Assembly (NCBI GenBank): GCA_009914755.4
Contig: CP068257.2
Coordinates: 39,040,001 to 39,104,000, forward strand
Origin: the human T2T-CHM13v2.0 reference genome, Homo sapiens
Reading direction: 5' to 3'
Length of the DNA stretch: 64,000 nt
Shown: piece after piece, positions 37,901-52,900 of the stretch
Position numbering within the stretch: the first letter of the stretch is position 1
Layout of the letters: each line of letters begins with the position of its first letter
Notes under the pieces: generated by a model
What the model was told of the DNA's origin: nothing
Databases searched by the model: none
The model's input: only the letters and a program-made list of their open reading frames with translations
Made by a program: the position numbers and the translations under genes

Positions 37901-39317
37901 GGGCACGTTGGGCCATGGCCTGTGAATCATGCTTTTGGGCCCTCTCTTGACTGCCATCAGCTCTCAGCTATCCTAGGTCAACTCTCTGGCACTCCCATAC
38001 CTGCTCCTAACTCACTCACTTAGTAAGATACTTACACAGGCTTATTTCCATGGCTGATTTAGTTAATCGCTTTTCTCCATGGAAAGAATCAACCACTGAA
38101 GGAAGTGATCTCTGCAGAGTACGAATGCTTCCTGGAACAAACTTCCCAGCCAGATCCCAGCAGGCTGGGATGACTTGATAATCCGGGAAGAGGGACCTGG
38201 GAGATGGCCATGCCAAGGAATAAATCCAAACTAGCTCGCAGGAGTTACAGTTTATATACAAAGCAGAGACAAATTAACCTTTTACAGGTCATCTGCTGTG
38301 CATATGGCATTCAGGACAGCTTCCCTGAAGGTCAGGGCTAATTTAGAAAAAGTCCCTCTGTTCCTGGGACTTCTGTGCTATGCAAGGTCGTTCCCTGAAG
38401 CCAAGAATCCCAGTGCTTCCCTGGAGTGGCTCAGCCCCAGCCAGTGTGGAGGGAGGGAGGGTCTTCCTTTTAGCGGCCTCCACCCCGGCACAGCCTGGGT
38501 GATGGGGGAGGGAGGCTGTCCTCTGTCCTTATCTGTGCCTTGTGCTGGTAACCAGAGAGAAATATAACCCTTCTCCACCTAAACCTCCTGAGCATGGTTT
38601 ATTTATTAAGATCTCCAATGTTTTAAACCATGCGTCACCTCCAGTGACTTCATGACCTCCTTTTCTGGGCATTGCTGATGGGTGGAGCTCAGACACTGGG
38701 AACAGGGTCTGACTGTAGCAGTGAGCAACAGAAGTCAGGTAAAATGCTCAATTTCCAGACTTTCTATTAGCAGATCATGCCACTGCTTTGGGGCCTTGTT
38801 GTCATTTACAAGGTCATTTTTAGTGACAAGTCTATTCGACTCAGGTTGAACGACCTGATATGAAGTCTCTCTCTCCCTTTCTTTCAGTGATTTACTTACA
38901 AACCAACCAAAGCTTCTTACTGATGTATTCCTTAATAAGATAAACACCTGTGTTGTATTTATTTTCTAGATGCTGTTGTGAAGTACAAACCAAGCACTTC
39001 TCCAAAACTTTTGCATTTAAAATTGTATGAAAGGATGAAGCTCCAGTATCTGACTGAGGAGAGGACATGGGCTTTAACAGTTCCTATCAGAGGGGCATAA
39101 ATTCTATATTGCATGCCAGCATCATCCCCTCACTAGATACACATTTCCTTTTTTTTATTTAGTTAGGTTCACATTTGAAGGAAAATAAAGTCTGTTCACA
39201 GAGATTGCAAAAAGGTGAAACAAGAACAATGAGGATGCTGCTAATTAAAGATGTCTAAAAACAAAAGAACACACGTATTATGCATAACCAAAGAGATTCA
39301 AAAATCCTCCTGGTAGA

Positions 39318-39567
39318 ACATGTTCTCACTTGTAAGTGGGAGCTGAATGATGAGAACACAGGGACACATAGAGAAGAACAACACACACTGGGGCCTACTT
39401 CGGGGTGGAGGGTGGGAGAAGGAAGAGGATCAGGAAAAATAATTAATGGGTATTAGGCTTAACACCTGGGTGATGAAATAATCTGTACAACAAACCCCCA
39501 TGACACAAGTTTACCTGTGTAAAAAACCTGCACATGTACCCCTGAACTTAAAATAAAAGTTAAAAAA
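39318..39567 (+). mobile_element. L1 3' end, severely 5'-truncated (about 250 bp), flanked by a target-site duplication of at least 14 bp
   Basis: (aca)tgttctcacttgtaagtgggagctgaatgatgagaacacagggacacatagagaagaacaacacacactggggcctacttcggggtggagggtgggagaagg...ggcttaacacctgggtgatgaaataatctgtacaacaaacccccatgacacaagtttacctgtgtaaaaaacctgcacatgtacccctgaacttaaaataaaagttaaaaaaa. The TSD aaaatcctcctggtaga occurs at 39301-39317 and again at 39565-39581. Confidence 0.85.
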
Positions 39568-41235
39568 ATCCTCCTGGTAGATATTTCAATTTCTCACCCA
39601 GATTTCCAGTTCTCCTCTTCCTTCAGGCACATGCCCCATTGAGGTCAGGCATGGCCATGAGACTTGCTTTGGCCAATTAAATATGAACAGAGATAACATG
39701 TGTCACCTCCAAGTGGAAGCACTAAGAAGGCGTTTGTAATTCTCCCATGCTCTCTTCCTCTGCCAGAGCAGACCATGAAGCTGAAAATTTGGATGACAGG
39801 GTTAAAAGATGGTGAAGTCTCTATCCTAGGTCACCGAGTCCGGAAGATTGAAAAGGTAGCTCCCAATTCTTCCACTCCCTGAACCTATACTCCCTTGCCA
39901 TATAAATTGGAGGGCCTCTCCCCTTTGATTCCGAGCTTAGCCAGATGACTGTCATCAAATCCTTCCATTTGCCATTAAGACAACTAACATGACCCCTAAG
40001 GAGAGAAGATGAAGATGTTTCAACACTGAAAATTAGCAAATAAAAATGTATAAGGGAGTCTCTATTCTGATTATTACAATCGCATTTGAGTTATTAAGCT
40101 TAGTATTTTTCAACACCCTAAGTTAAATTATGATAATTAATCAACATAACAGCAAGGAATGTACTGTTCATTGAAGTGTGAGGGGTTTTGAATTCACTGT
40201 AAAGACAATGTTTTCATAAAAACTAAGAATTCCATTCTATCCTAGATTCCTGTAATGTGCTATGATGGCAATGTATTTCAACTTTGATTTGGATCTTTTA
40301 AATGCCTCTGGTGGTGGTGTACAGTAACCAACCTCTCTAGCTAATCAATAAGCTGAGAAACAAAAACGGTGTGTCACCGTGAGGGTTTAGTTCCAAATTC
40401 TGCTCTCTATAAATGGATAAAATGTTGCTTAGTCAAGAAGTCTGTTAACATGTGTGTTGTGCGTGTGTGCACCCGCATGTGAGGGCATACAGACATGTCT
40501 AAAAAAGGCAACTATTTATAATCCACATCGGAACACAGACTATGCTCCTCACAATTCTTTTCCGAAAGCAGCCAACACATTTTGAGATATGCCAACAGTC
40601 ATTATCCAAGGATGTAAGAACAGGAGCACCATGCATCACGCGGACAGTCGCCTTTCCAGGTAAATAGCACAGAGCAAGAAATCAACACCATTAGAAATGA
40701 AGAACTGCAGTTTCTTGGAGGCTAAATTTAAATTTTGTCTTTTCTACACACCAAATATAAGCCAAGAAATTATTCATATGCAAATATACATTTCATTGCT
40801 ACATATATATTCTTAGTAGAATCTTCAAGAAATAGGTCAGAGATACAACATAACTCTCAAGACATTGGAAAGCACCAAAAGGTCATGAAAACAGGGCTTC
40901 CATTTTCCAGATTTTAGTTTCAGAATGTCAGCTATATATGCAATGCTGAGGTCTCTCACAGATGCAAAATACTACTACCTTGTTTTTAGAAGCAGACGTA
41001 AAACCACAATTTTCTCAAAAAAGTTAACACAATGGCTACAGTTACAGTGCCGGTAACTAATCTCTCTTCATCAGTCAACCCACCAAAGGATGTCTGAATC
41101 AAGCCATTATAAGCCAATACAAAACACTTATTTCAGGTTTACTTACAAAATAGCATCAGCCTTAAGAATACTAATTCTGAATTATGATGAACACATAAAC
41201 GGAGACCCGATTCCATCTCTGAAATAACCTTTTCA

Positions 41236-41463
<228 letters not shown>

Positions 41464-41622
41464 TCAACAGGCTCATTCTGAGAGTATCTCACTGTAATAT
41501 ATACACTGCAGCACACACACATCAATTGCATAACATATCTTTCTGGAAAACAGTTAAGATGCCTACATTTCACGTCTTTCATCGCCTGACTTAAGAAAAC
41601 ATTCATTCCCTTAACAATACAT

Positions 41623-41893
41623 AGCTGGGTAAGGTGGCTCATGCCTGTAATCCCACCACTTTGGGAGGCCAAGATGGGTAGATCCCTTGTGCCCAGGAGT
41701 TCAAGACCAGACTGGGCAACATGGCAACACCCCATCTCTACTAAAAATACAAAAAAATTGCTGGGCATGGTGGTGTGTGATTGTAGTCCCAGCTACTTGG
41801 GAGGCTGAGATGAGATTACCTGAGCCTGGGAGGTTGAGGCTGCAGTGAGCTATAATCATATCACTGCACCCAGCCTGGGTGAAGAAAAAAAAA
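41623..41893 (+). mobile_element. Alu SINE (older, diverged), antisense to the gene, about 207 nt upstream of the exon-3 acceptor
   Basis: tagctgggtaaggtggctcatgcctgtaatcccaccactttgggaggccaagatgggtagatcccttgtgcccaggagttcaagaccagactgggcaacatggcaacaccccatctctactaaaaatacaaaaaaattgctgggcatggtggtgtgtgattgtagtcccagctacttgggaggctgag...cactgcacccagcctgggtgaagaaaaaaaaa. Confidence 0.9.
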
Positions 41894-44800
41894 TACACTA
41901 CACTCTATACCAAGGGGCCAGAGTATAATCGAAAATAGTTAATAGACCCCCTGAAGGTATCATGAGATAGGAAATAGCTTCATGAAAGAAAAGTTACTGG
42001 CTCTGCAAAGTTATGATGATGGCAAACTGCTATTAGTCCTCTAAGGGCCGAGGAAGATTTTTTTTTCTGACTGCAAAAAATGAATAAAAAATTCAGGCAA
42101 GGCAATTTTTCTGGGAAGCCTTGAGAACTCTGAGACAATTAAAATAATTTTTCATTAGTAAATTTTTAAATGACAGTTGCAAAGCAGTTTGGGAAACACT
42201 GATCCTGCTTCCCATTGTTTAGGGAAGGATGTTGATTAGACAGCCTGCCCAAACACTCCAATGATAGGAGCATCCCAGAAAGACTGCAGAGTGGACTTCC
42301 ACGTCCTTGATGTCTAGGCTCAGAGGCAGGGTGGTACTGGTGTTCAGAACCTACCTAGCAGGCCCAACTCCCTGGGTTCAAATCCAAGCTCGGCCACTCC
42401 CTGACTGTGGGGCAGTGAGCAAATCCTCTCACCATCTATACCATGGGGATGATGTTGGTAGCATCTGCCCCCTAGGGTGACTGTGGTGAATCAGTTAACG
42501 TAGGTGAAAATTCAACAGTGTCTGCTAGAAGCAGGTTGGGTAAGGCCACACTTACCAATAGCCAGAGATGGATCCCCAGGGTTGGGGAAGATCTGTCTCC
42601 AGGGAAGTAAGACACTGATGAATATAGTCCCAATTAGATGTGCCAGCCTTACTTCTTTAGAGCTTTGTTTTCCTCAAATTTAAAATGAGGGCATTGTGGT
42701 GGGAACCTCTTCAAGGTCTAAATCTTATAAGTCTATGATTTTCTAAGATACCCACAGAGATAACTTATTGTCTAATCATCTAACCACCTCACTTAAAGAA
42801 TTAATCACTTACTGGACAAATATGTGCCATGAAAATGGTTTCAAAAGGTACTAACACACCAACAAAGCTAAAGGTGAATTTCTCAAGGGAAATCTCCCAG
42901 TAGGCAGAGGTGAGCTCTTTAGAAGAGGACTGTTAAGGTCGGGCTAACCTTGTGATATGCTGAGCATTTTTGTAGTAAAGCATGTCTTTCATGAAAGCCT
43001 TCCTCTCCAGTTTCCATTTTTAACATTAGCCGTTTTTCCCCAACTTGGAGAATTTCTTCATTATTGTATCTAACCAGAGAGATTTTTCCAAGTATTGAAA
43101 TCTTCTGCGACCCCCATCACTGTAATCCCCAAGCGGCATGAGGTGAAGGTCCAGGCAGCAACTCCACACCTCCTGCAGGAGGTCCACTAGGCAAAAATTC
43201 AGGGCGCCCAAGAGACTGACCTCAGCAACAACATCCTTACACCGAGAGGAGGGAACTGACTTTGTACAGAAAGGCTCCTGCATAAGTAAACCTTTGCTGG
43301 GAGCTGAGGTCTACGGTAATAGATTAGAAAAAGACTATGAAGATATAGGCAAACTAATCAAACTCATTGGTGAGAATCTGGGCATGGTGAGAAGCAGAAG
43401 ACAGAGAGGAGAAGAGGAGGATGGAGGACAGAGGAGAAAGAGGGACTGGTCAACAGAGAGAGTCTACCGTCACAGGAATAGTGCCCCTAAGCAGGGGAAT
43501 GATTTCAATTTAAGCTCCTTTGTCTGTGTGATGCTTGTTTCTTTGCAATAAAATCACTCTGTCTCCCCAAACCTTCCGCAGACTCTGCTTCAAACATTAA
43601 TGACTCAAGTAGGATAATTTTTAATAGAAATCAAGGAAAGGGGTCAAGTTCCATGTATCAGACAGGAAAGTGAGAAGAAAAGATGTTCACCTGTTTACCG
43701 GGAGACACGGGAAATGCCTTCCCACCAGGTGTACAGCCTACACTAGATGGGATCACAGGAGCCATAAAAATATGGGGTGACTGACCGGGGACATTCCCAG
43801 TGTTACCACCCAATGTCCAGTGTCCTAGGAAACCCCTCAGTCCCAGCACTTACCCACATATCATGGAGTTTTCTCCTCTCTAGCTACCCACTGCCCTCAC
43901 CAGTACCAGGACACCTTAGTAGTCACAATTTTAAACCTGTGTGACTTTTGCTTCTCCAACCTCCAGGTCAGTCCCAAGAAGCCCAGATCTTCTCAAAGCA
44001 GGGACAGCACTGTGGTGATCTGAACCCCAGCTCGCTCAAAGGGAATGGGGATCAGAAGAAAACTGCACACTCCCCATCCCTTCTCCTTATTCGATTACTC
44101 ATTCCACAAAGATAGCCTGTGCAGTGAGCCTTTAAAAAATTATCTTAGAAAATACTTGGCACACAAGAGGTGTTCAATACATATTTTGAGACTGAATATA
44201 TAGAAAGACAGAGCTTCCATTCTGGGAGAACTTCTAATCCTTTTACAGAATATACATGTATGCACATTTGAATTTATAGCCACTATCTATAGTTTTTTAA
44301 AAAAATGCAAATCAGGGTTTTATTAAAGCTCCTAATCTTTGTAATAGAGCATTGTTTGTTCCTGAGGCCTCCATAACTTAAGACACCAACATTGCTGTCT
44401 ATGGCGATATATCTCTCAGAGGGCCATGTGAGTTTCCTGAGCCCATAGTCAGCCCCGAAGACAGGGGTGCAGCCTTGATCTTCATTCTACATCCAACTAC
44501 TGCTAACTTTGTTGCAGTAACAGACACTGGGCTAGAAACCTGAGATGCAGGCAAAAAAAAAAATACACTTTGTTTTAAATTTGATTGACATTTGCATTAT
44601 AAGACAGAGTATTATCTAAGTACTGTGCTTGGTGTCATAAGTTAGGCTCTCCCCAGAGAGCCCAGATCTTCTCAAAGCAGGGACAGCACTGTGGTGCTCT
44701 GAACCCCAGCTCGCTCAGAGAGAACGGGGATCAGAAGAAAACTGCACACTCCCCATCCCTTCTCCTTATTCGACCCCAAAAGGAGGAGCTGGGTTCAAGC

Positions 44801-45231
44801 GACTGAGCAAGGACACAATCCCCTGAGAGGCAGGGAAAGTGTGAGTAGGGCAGGGAGGGAAGCAGCAAAGCAGGTGTGTGGTTTCAGGTGAAGTCCCAGC
44901 CACACCTGACATGCTCGGTCATGCAGAGGAGCTGGGATCCCCTGTTGTAGCTGTCTGTCATTGGCTTAGGGCTGGCCTCAGGAGGATGGAACTCCCAGGC
45001 ATTTCCCACTCTTGTTTCTGTGAATGGTTCCAGTGCCCAAGCAATCCTCTGAAGGCTGCAGGTTCATGTTCTTAGCAACCAGCGCGCAGATCTTGGGGGA
45101 TCTGATTCAGGGATGCCAGTAGGGTCCACTGCAATCATTTTAGCCTTCATTCAGTAAAATCTGTCATCTTTTTAGATCAGAAGAAAAAAAAATCTCTGGT
45201 AATATGACTTTGAAACAAAATCAGGCCTATT

Positions 45232-46620
45232 TATTTTTTTAATCAAATATTTTCATTGTGATATAAGAGTTGTACATATTCTGGGGTACATGTGATGTTT
45301 TCATACCTGTATAAAATGTATAATCATAAAATCAGGGTAATTGGAATATCAATCACTTCAATCTTTTCCCTGTGTTGGGAGCACAGTAAATCTTTTTTCT
45401 TCTAGCAATTTAAAAATATACAATAAATTATTAACTATAATTTCCCTACTGTGCCAGCAAATGTTAGAACATATTCCTTCTATTTAACTGTATTTTTATA
45501 CCCCTCAGCCAACTACTCTTTAACCCCTCTCCTCATCCCCTTGCTTCCCAGCCTCTGGTATCCACCATTCCACTCTCCACCTCCATAAGATCCACTTTTC
45601 CAGATCCCATATGTGAGTGAAAACATGTAATGTGTGTCTGTCTGAGCCTGGCTTAATTCACTTAGCATAGCAACCTCCAGTTTCATCCATCATTATATTC
45701 TTGTTGGATGGAGAGTTTGCAAATATTAATAGTCTCCCCATTCTGCATGTTGTCTCTTCAACTTTGCTGATTTTTATTTTCTTTGCTGTGCAGAGTTTTT
45801 CTGCTTGATGTAATCCTATTTGTCTATTTTTGCTTTTGTTGCCTGTGCTTTTGAGGCCTTACCCCAAAAATCTTTGCCCAGACTAATTTTCTATAGTGTT
45901 TCCCTAGTGTTTTCTTTCAGTAATTTCATAGTTTCAAGACTTAGTTTAAGTATTTTGCCCACTTTGAGTTGATTTTCATACACAGTTAAAGACAGGGATC
46001 TAGTTTCATTCTTTTGCATATAGATACCCAGTTTTGCCAACACTAATTTTTAAAGAGCTTGCCCTTTCCTGAATGTGTGTTCATGGTACCTTTGTCAAAA
46101 ATGATTTGGGTATAAGCGCATGGACTTATATTTGGATTCTCTATTCTATCCCATTGGTCTATGTGTCTGTTTTATGTCAGTACTACGCTATAGTATGCCA
46201 GTACTACACCTGTGTTGTATTCTTTGAAATTAGACTGTGTGATACCTACAGCTTTGTTCTTTTTGCTCAGGATTGCTTTAGCATTTCGGAGTCTTTTGTG
46301 GTTTCATACAAAGTTAAGGATTTTTTTTTCTATTTCTGTGAAGAATGTCATTGGTAGGGATGGCCTTGAATCTGTAGATCACTTTGAGTAGTATAGATAT
46401 TTTAACACTATTAATTCTTCCAATCAACGAGCATGAAATAACTTTCCATTTTGTGTGTGTGTGTCCTCTTCAATTTCTTTCATACTTCTTTATATTTTTA
46501 GCATATCTACTATAGGTTTTTACTTTGTGGTTACCATGAAGCTTACGAAAAGCATCTTATAGTTATAAGAAGTTATTTAAAACTGAAATCAACTTTACTT
46601 TGATTACACACACATGGCTT
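45232..46620 (-). mobile_element. Old L1 fragment in minus orientation (3' end through part of ORF2), with an internal deletion
   Basis: The antisense L1 3' end starts tttattttttt..gagttgtacatattctggggtacatgtgatgttttcatacctgtataaaatg. It continues as antisense ORF2-like sequence (..ccattggtctatgtgtctgttttatgtcagtactacgctatagtatgccagtactacacctgtgttgtattctttgaaattagactgtgtgatacctacagctttgttctttttgctcaggattgctttagc..; ..ctatttctgtgaagaatgtcattggtagggatggccttgaatctgtagatcactttgagtagtatagatattttaacactattaattcttccaatcaacgagcatgaaataactttcc..), then jumps to ..atctactataggtttttactttgtggttaccatgaagcttac... Confidence 0.65.
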
Positions 46621-47044
46621 ATTTATTGAGCAAGAGATCACACGGTTGGTCTACATTGACAGCAGCGAATGTGAGAAAACATTTTAAATGGTCCATTTTC
46701 AAGGCATAATAAATCTAAGCACTGGCAGCCAGCCTGCAGATGTAACAAATTGCATGGCTCATGCACCTAGAAGGTCACGATAAGCAAACAGAATGTAGAC
46801 GAGGGGTCAGCCCATAAAAGGGAAGAAAGTTTTGTTACTGGGAAATCAAAACTTAAGTGGGGAAGGGGATTGGGTTATAACTTTAAAAGGGGGATAATGA
46901 AACTTAGGCGATGTCCAGGAAGATTGTAACTCCATAGTACTCAATCAATGAGGAACTGGGGGAGGGACTTGCTTGCTAGGCAATAAATTACCTGCTCTAC
47001 CTGCCCTGGGTGTGCCTGCCTAACAGGCGCCTGATCTTGCATCA

Positions 47045-47446
<402 letters not shown>

Positions 47447-47699
47447 TCATTTTATTGTACTTCGGAGAGATTATGTTTTTTACAAGTTGAAGATTTGTGG
47501 AAACCCTGCATCATGCAACTCTATCAGCACCATTTTTCCAGCAGCATGAACTCACTTTGTGTCTCTGTGTCACATTTTGGTAATGCTTACAATATTTCAA
47601 ACTTTTAAAATCATTATATCTGTTACGGTGATCATTGATCAGTGATCTTTGATATTACTATTGTAATTGTTTTGCGGAGCCACAAACCACATTTACAGA

Positions 47700-48690
47700 A
47701 GATAGCAAACTTAATCAATACAGGTCATATGTGCTCTGCCCACCTCACTGACATGCCATTTTCCGTCTTTCTCCCTCTCCTGAAGCATCCCTTTTTTTGA
47801 GACACAACAATACTGAAATTAAATCAATAAATAACCCTACAGTGGTCTTTAAGTATTCATGTGAAAGAAATGGTCTCATATCTCTTACTTTAAATCAAAA
47901 TCTAGAAATGATTAAACTTAGTGATGAAGGCATATCAAAAGCTAAGACAGGCTGAAAGCTAGGCCTTTTGTGCATTTAGCCGAGTTGTAAATGCATAGGA
48001 AAAGTTCTTGAAGGAAATGAAAAGTGCTACTTCAGCGAACAAATGATAAGAAAGTGAAACTACCTTACTGGTGGTGTGGAGAAAATTTGAGTAGATAGAA
48101 GATCTGGAGAGATGATTAAACTAGCCACAACATTGCCTTAAGCGAAAGCCTAAATCAAACTAAGTCCTTAGCTCTCTTCAATTCCAGGGAGGCTTAGAGG
48201 GGTGGGAAAGCTGCAGAAGAAACACTGGAAGCTAGCAGAGGTTGGCTACTGAGATTTAAAGAAAGAAGCAATCTTTATAACATACAAATGCATGGTGAAG
48301 CAGCAAGTGTTGATGGAGAAACTGCAGCAGGTTATCTAGAAGCTCCAGCTAATGTCAATGATGAAGGTGGCTGCCCTAAACAATATATTTTCAATGTACA
48401 GAAGATATCCTTCTATTAAAAGAAAATGCCATCCAGGATTTTCATAGCTAGAGAGGAGAAGTCAATGCCTAGCCTCAATGCTTCAAAAAACAAGCTGATT
48501 CTTGTTAAGGGTTAATGCAGCTGATGACTAAGATGAAGTCAATGCTCATTTACCATTTCAATAATTCTAAAATTATTTCTTAGAATTAATTATGACAAAT
48601 CTACTTTGCCTATGCTCTAGAAATAAAACAAGAAGGTCTGGGTCACAGCACATCTTCTTATAGCATGTCATGTTGCACAGGATAGAACCT
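47700..48690 (+). mobile_element. Tigger-like (pogo/TcMar) DNA transposon fragment with degraded transposase N-terminal coding region
   Basis: ..gctaagacaggctgaaagctaggccttttgtgcatttagccgagttgtaaatgcataggaaaagttcttgaaggaaatgaaaagtgctac..gaacaaatgataagaaagtgaaactacc...ccacaacattgccttaagcgaaagcctaaatcaaactaagtccttagctctcttcaattc...gaagctagcagaggttggctactgagatttaaagaaagaagc...atgcatggtgaagcagcaagtgttgatggagaaactgcagcaggttatctagaag...gaagatatccttctattaaaagaaaatgccatccaggattttcatagctagagaggagaagtcaatgcctagcctcaatgcttc...gctcatttaccatttcaataattctaaaattatttcttagaattaattatg..ctactttgcctatgctctagaaataaaacaagaaggtctgggtcacagcacatc. This parallels the remembered Tigger1 transposase region at about 75-80% identity. 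It has many stops and is a non-functional relic. Confidence 0.55.
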
Positions 48691-49189
48691 CCAGGACGAT
48701 GTAGAATAGAAGTGGTGAGAGCATACACTTTGATATTGTTCTTCATTTGGGGGTGAAAACATTTCATCTTTGACAAGTATGATGTTCGCTATAGCAGGAT
48801 TTTCGTAGTTGCTTTTTATCAGATTGAGGAAGTTCCTTTCTACTGATGGTTTTCTGAGAGTTCTTTTAATCATTAGTGGATGTTGGGTTTCATCAATGTT
48901 TTTCTGTGTCTGTTGAAATGATCACATGGTTTACACTGATTAATTTTCAAATGTGAAACTCACCTTGCATTATGAATATAAGCCTTTGTGGTCATAATGT
49001 ATTATTCCTTTTATATGTTGTTGGATTCAATTTGTTAAATTTTTAGAATTTTTACATGTATAGTCAGAAGAGATACTTGTCTTTAGTTTTCTTATGTCTT
49101 GTTTATGTATTAGGGTAATGCTAACTTCATAAAATGATTTGGGAAATACTCTCTCCTCAATTTTCTGGAAGAATTTGTTTATAATTTTT

Positions 49190-49507
<318 letters not shown>

Positions 49508-50654
49508 AAAATTATTATTTCTTTCTTAAAGGATTAGTAGAATTCAATAGTGAAGCCATTTGAGCCAGGAATTTTACTGTAGAGAATTTTTACCAATAAA
49601 TTTAAATTCTTTAATAGATATAGGGCTATTCAGTTTATCTGTTTTTCCTTGAGTGAGTCTTGATAGTTTGTGTTTCTCAAAAAATATTTTATTTCATCTA
49701 CTTTTCTTAATGTTCTCTTAGTATCATTTTAATACCTGTAGAAGATAAAGTGACGTTATCTCCCTCATTCTTGGTATTAGTCATTTACCAACTCTCTCAC
49801 TTTTCTGGTGAAAAACACACCAATTTTAACAATTTTTTTAAAAGAACTTTTAGTTTCATAGATTTCCTCTATTGTTTCTTTCTGTTCTATAATTTATTGA
49901 TCTCCATTCTGATCTTCATTGTTTGCTTTCTGCTTATAGTTTTAGTTTTATCCTCTTTTTCAGTTTAAAATGGATGCTGAGACCACTATTTAAGACTTTT
50001 TTAAAAATTTCTAATATAAGTTTTTTAGAGCAATAAAATCTCCCTATTTTTTTAGTGGCACTCCCCAAATTCATATATATTGTGTGTTCATTTCTTATTC
50101 AGTTGAAAAAACTTTCTAATTTCCTTCTTCAAATTTTTTTCTGAATTTTTTTTTTTGACACAGATCATTTAAAAGAGTGCTATTCAGTATTCAGGTACTT
50201 GGTTATTTCTCAGAGATGTTATTGTTAGTGATTTAATTTCATTATGATCAAACAACATATTTTATACAACTTGAATTTAAAACAAATTTATCTGAGATTT
50301 GTTTTGTTGCTCTGAGTATGGTCTATATTAGTAAATGTCTGTGTGTCTCAGAAGAGAATTTATATTGTGCTGTTGTTGGATAGAATGTTCTTTATTTAAA
50401 GGTCAATTACATCAAATTGATTGATAGTGTCATTCACGTGTTTTTTTGTTCTTACTGATTTTCTGTCTACTTCTACCAATTATTGAACTAGGAGTATTGA
50501 AATCTCCGGCTATAATTTTTGATATGTCTGATTCTCATTGCAGTTCTATCCATTTTTACTTTATGTATTTTGAAGTTTTGTTGTTGGGTACATAAACATT
50601 TACAATAGTCATATCCTCTTCACCTCCCCCCTTTACATTATGAAATGAACTGCT

Positions 50655-50833
50655 TTAGCTCTGAGCACAGGGGATTTTTAGGGCAGTGAAACTGTTCTTT
50701 ATGATACTGTAATGGTGATACCTGCCATTATGCATACAACTTACAACATAGAGTGAAATTTAATGTGAACTATGGACTTCAGTTAATAATAATGTATAAA
50801 TACGAGCTTATTGTCACAAATGTATCACACTAA
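50655..50833. repeat. Left arm of a 180-bp inverted repeat (partner 52457-52640, about 93% identical)
   Basis: gagcacaggggatttttagggcagtgaaactgttctttatgatactgtaatggtgatacctgccattatgcatacaacttacaacatagagtgaaatttaatgtgaactatggacttcagttaataataatgtataaatacgagcttattgtcacaaatgtatcacactaatgcaagatg. The reverse complement of 52457-52640 aligns with about 10 mismatches and 2 short indels. Confidence 0.85.
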
Positions 50834-51721
50834 TGCAAGATGCTCTGAGCAAACAGTGTATTTGTTTGGAAATACACTTTGCTTAATATTAATGTGGCTA
50901 TTCTAGCTTTCTTTCAGTGTTTTACTTTAATTAGGTTGATTTGATTTGATGAGGATGGTATATCATTTTTATCCTTTTACTTTTAAGCTATTTGTGCCTT
51001 TGTATTTAAAGAATGTTTCTTTTAAGCAGTGTTAAATCCAATCTGGCAATTTCTGCCTTATAATTCAGGTTACTGGAACATTTAAATTTAATGTGGATAT
51101 TGATACGGTTAGGTTTATCATTTTGCTATTTGATATGTATTTTTTTTTTACCGTGTTTCCTTTTTCTTATCATTTTCTTCTTTGTTTTGGATTGAGGATT
51201 TTTTAATGATTCTATTTTTTCTCCTTTGTGGGCTTATTAGCTATAACTCTGTTTTGTTATTTTAGAGGTTGCTTTAGGTTTTGTAGTATACATTTGTAAC
51301 TTATCACCATCTATATTCAGGTGACATTACACAACTTCACATATAGCAAAATAACCTCCAATATTACACTCCCATGTCTTCACTGTAGGCCTTAATGCTA
51401 TTGTTGCTATAAGTTTTACTTCTGCCTATGTTACAAACTACCTAAGACATTGTTACTATTTTTGTCTAAATAGCCAATTATTTTTTAAAATATTGCAATT
51501 TTTTAAAAAATCTGATTTAGATACTCATGTAGTTACCATTTTCATTGCAGTTCTTTCCTTTGAGTAGATCTAAGATTTGATCAGGTGTCATTTTTTTCTT
51601 CTGATTCTAGAACTTCCTTTAAGATTTCTTGTAGTAGGATTCAGCTGATGATAAATTTTCTGCTATTTTGTGTCTGAGAAAGCCTTCATCTCACCATTAT
51701 TTTATAAATTTACTTCCACTC

Positions 51722-52149
<428 letters not shown>

Positions 52150-52374
52150 TTATGATGTGCCTTTGTGCATTTTTTCTTCACGTGTCTTGAGCTTGGGGTT
52201 TGTTGAGCTCCTTGGATCTGTGGGTTTATAGTTTTCAACAAATTTGGAAAATTTTGGCCTGCATTTTTCCACTTCTTTTTAAATTTCACCATCCCTTCCC
52301 TTGGGGCTTAATTTGTCATTAAGCTTCCTGAAGCATGTTTTAATTTTTTTGAATAAAGCTTGATTTTTTTTTAG

Positions 52375-52900
52375 AGCAGTTGTAGGTTTAGAGAAAAGTT
52401 CACAGCAGGTTCCCATATTCTCCCTCTTGCCACATCCTTTAATTTCTTTCATTATTATCATCTTGCATTAATGTGATACATTTGTGACAATAAACTCATA
52501 TTTATACATTATTATTATTAACTAAAGTCCATAGTTCACACTAAGTTTCACTCTATGTTGTAAGTTCTATGCATAATGGCAGGTATCACCATTACAGTAT
52601 CATACAGAACAGTTTCACTGCCCTAAAAAAATCCCCTGTGCTCCGTCTGTTCAACCCTCCCTCCCTCCTGACTATCCCCTGGAAACTACTGATCTTTCTA
52701 CTGTCTCTCTAGTTTATCTCTTCCAGAATGTCAAGTAGGTGGAAGGGTATACTATGTTGCTTTTCCAGACTGGCTTCTTTCACTTAGTAACAGGCATTTA
52801 AATTTCCCCCATATCTTTTCATAGCTTGATAGCACATTTTTTCTATCGCTGACTAATACTTCATTTTATACTATAATTTGTCTAATGTTAAAGAAAAATT
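52375..52900 (+). mobile_element. Ancient L1 (L1M-type) 3' end; contains the right arm (52457-52640) of the 180-bp inverted repeat
   Basis: tttagagcagttgtaggtttagagaaaagttcacagcaggttcccatattctccctcttgccacatcc...taaagtccatagttcacactaagtttcactctatgttgtaagttctatgcataatggcaggtatcaccattacagtatcatacagaacagtttcactgccctaaaaaaatcccctgtgctc...ctggcttctttcacttagtaacagg...atacttcattttatac. This matches the remembered L1M 3' UTR (tttagagcagttttaggttcacagcaaaattgag...). Confidence 0.6.
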
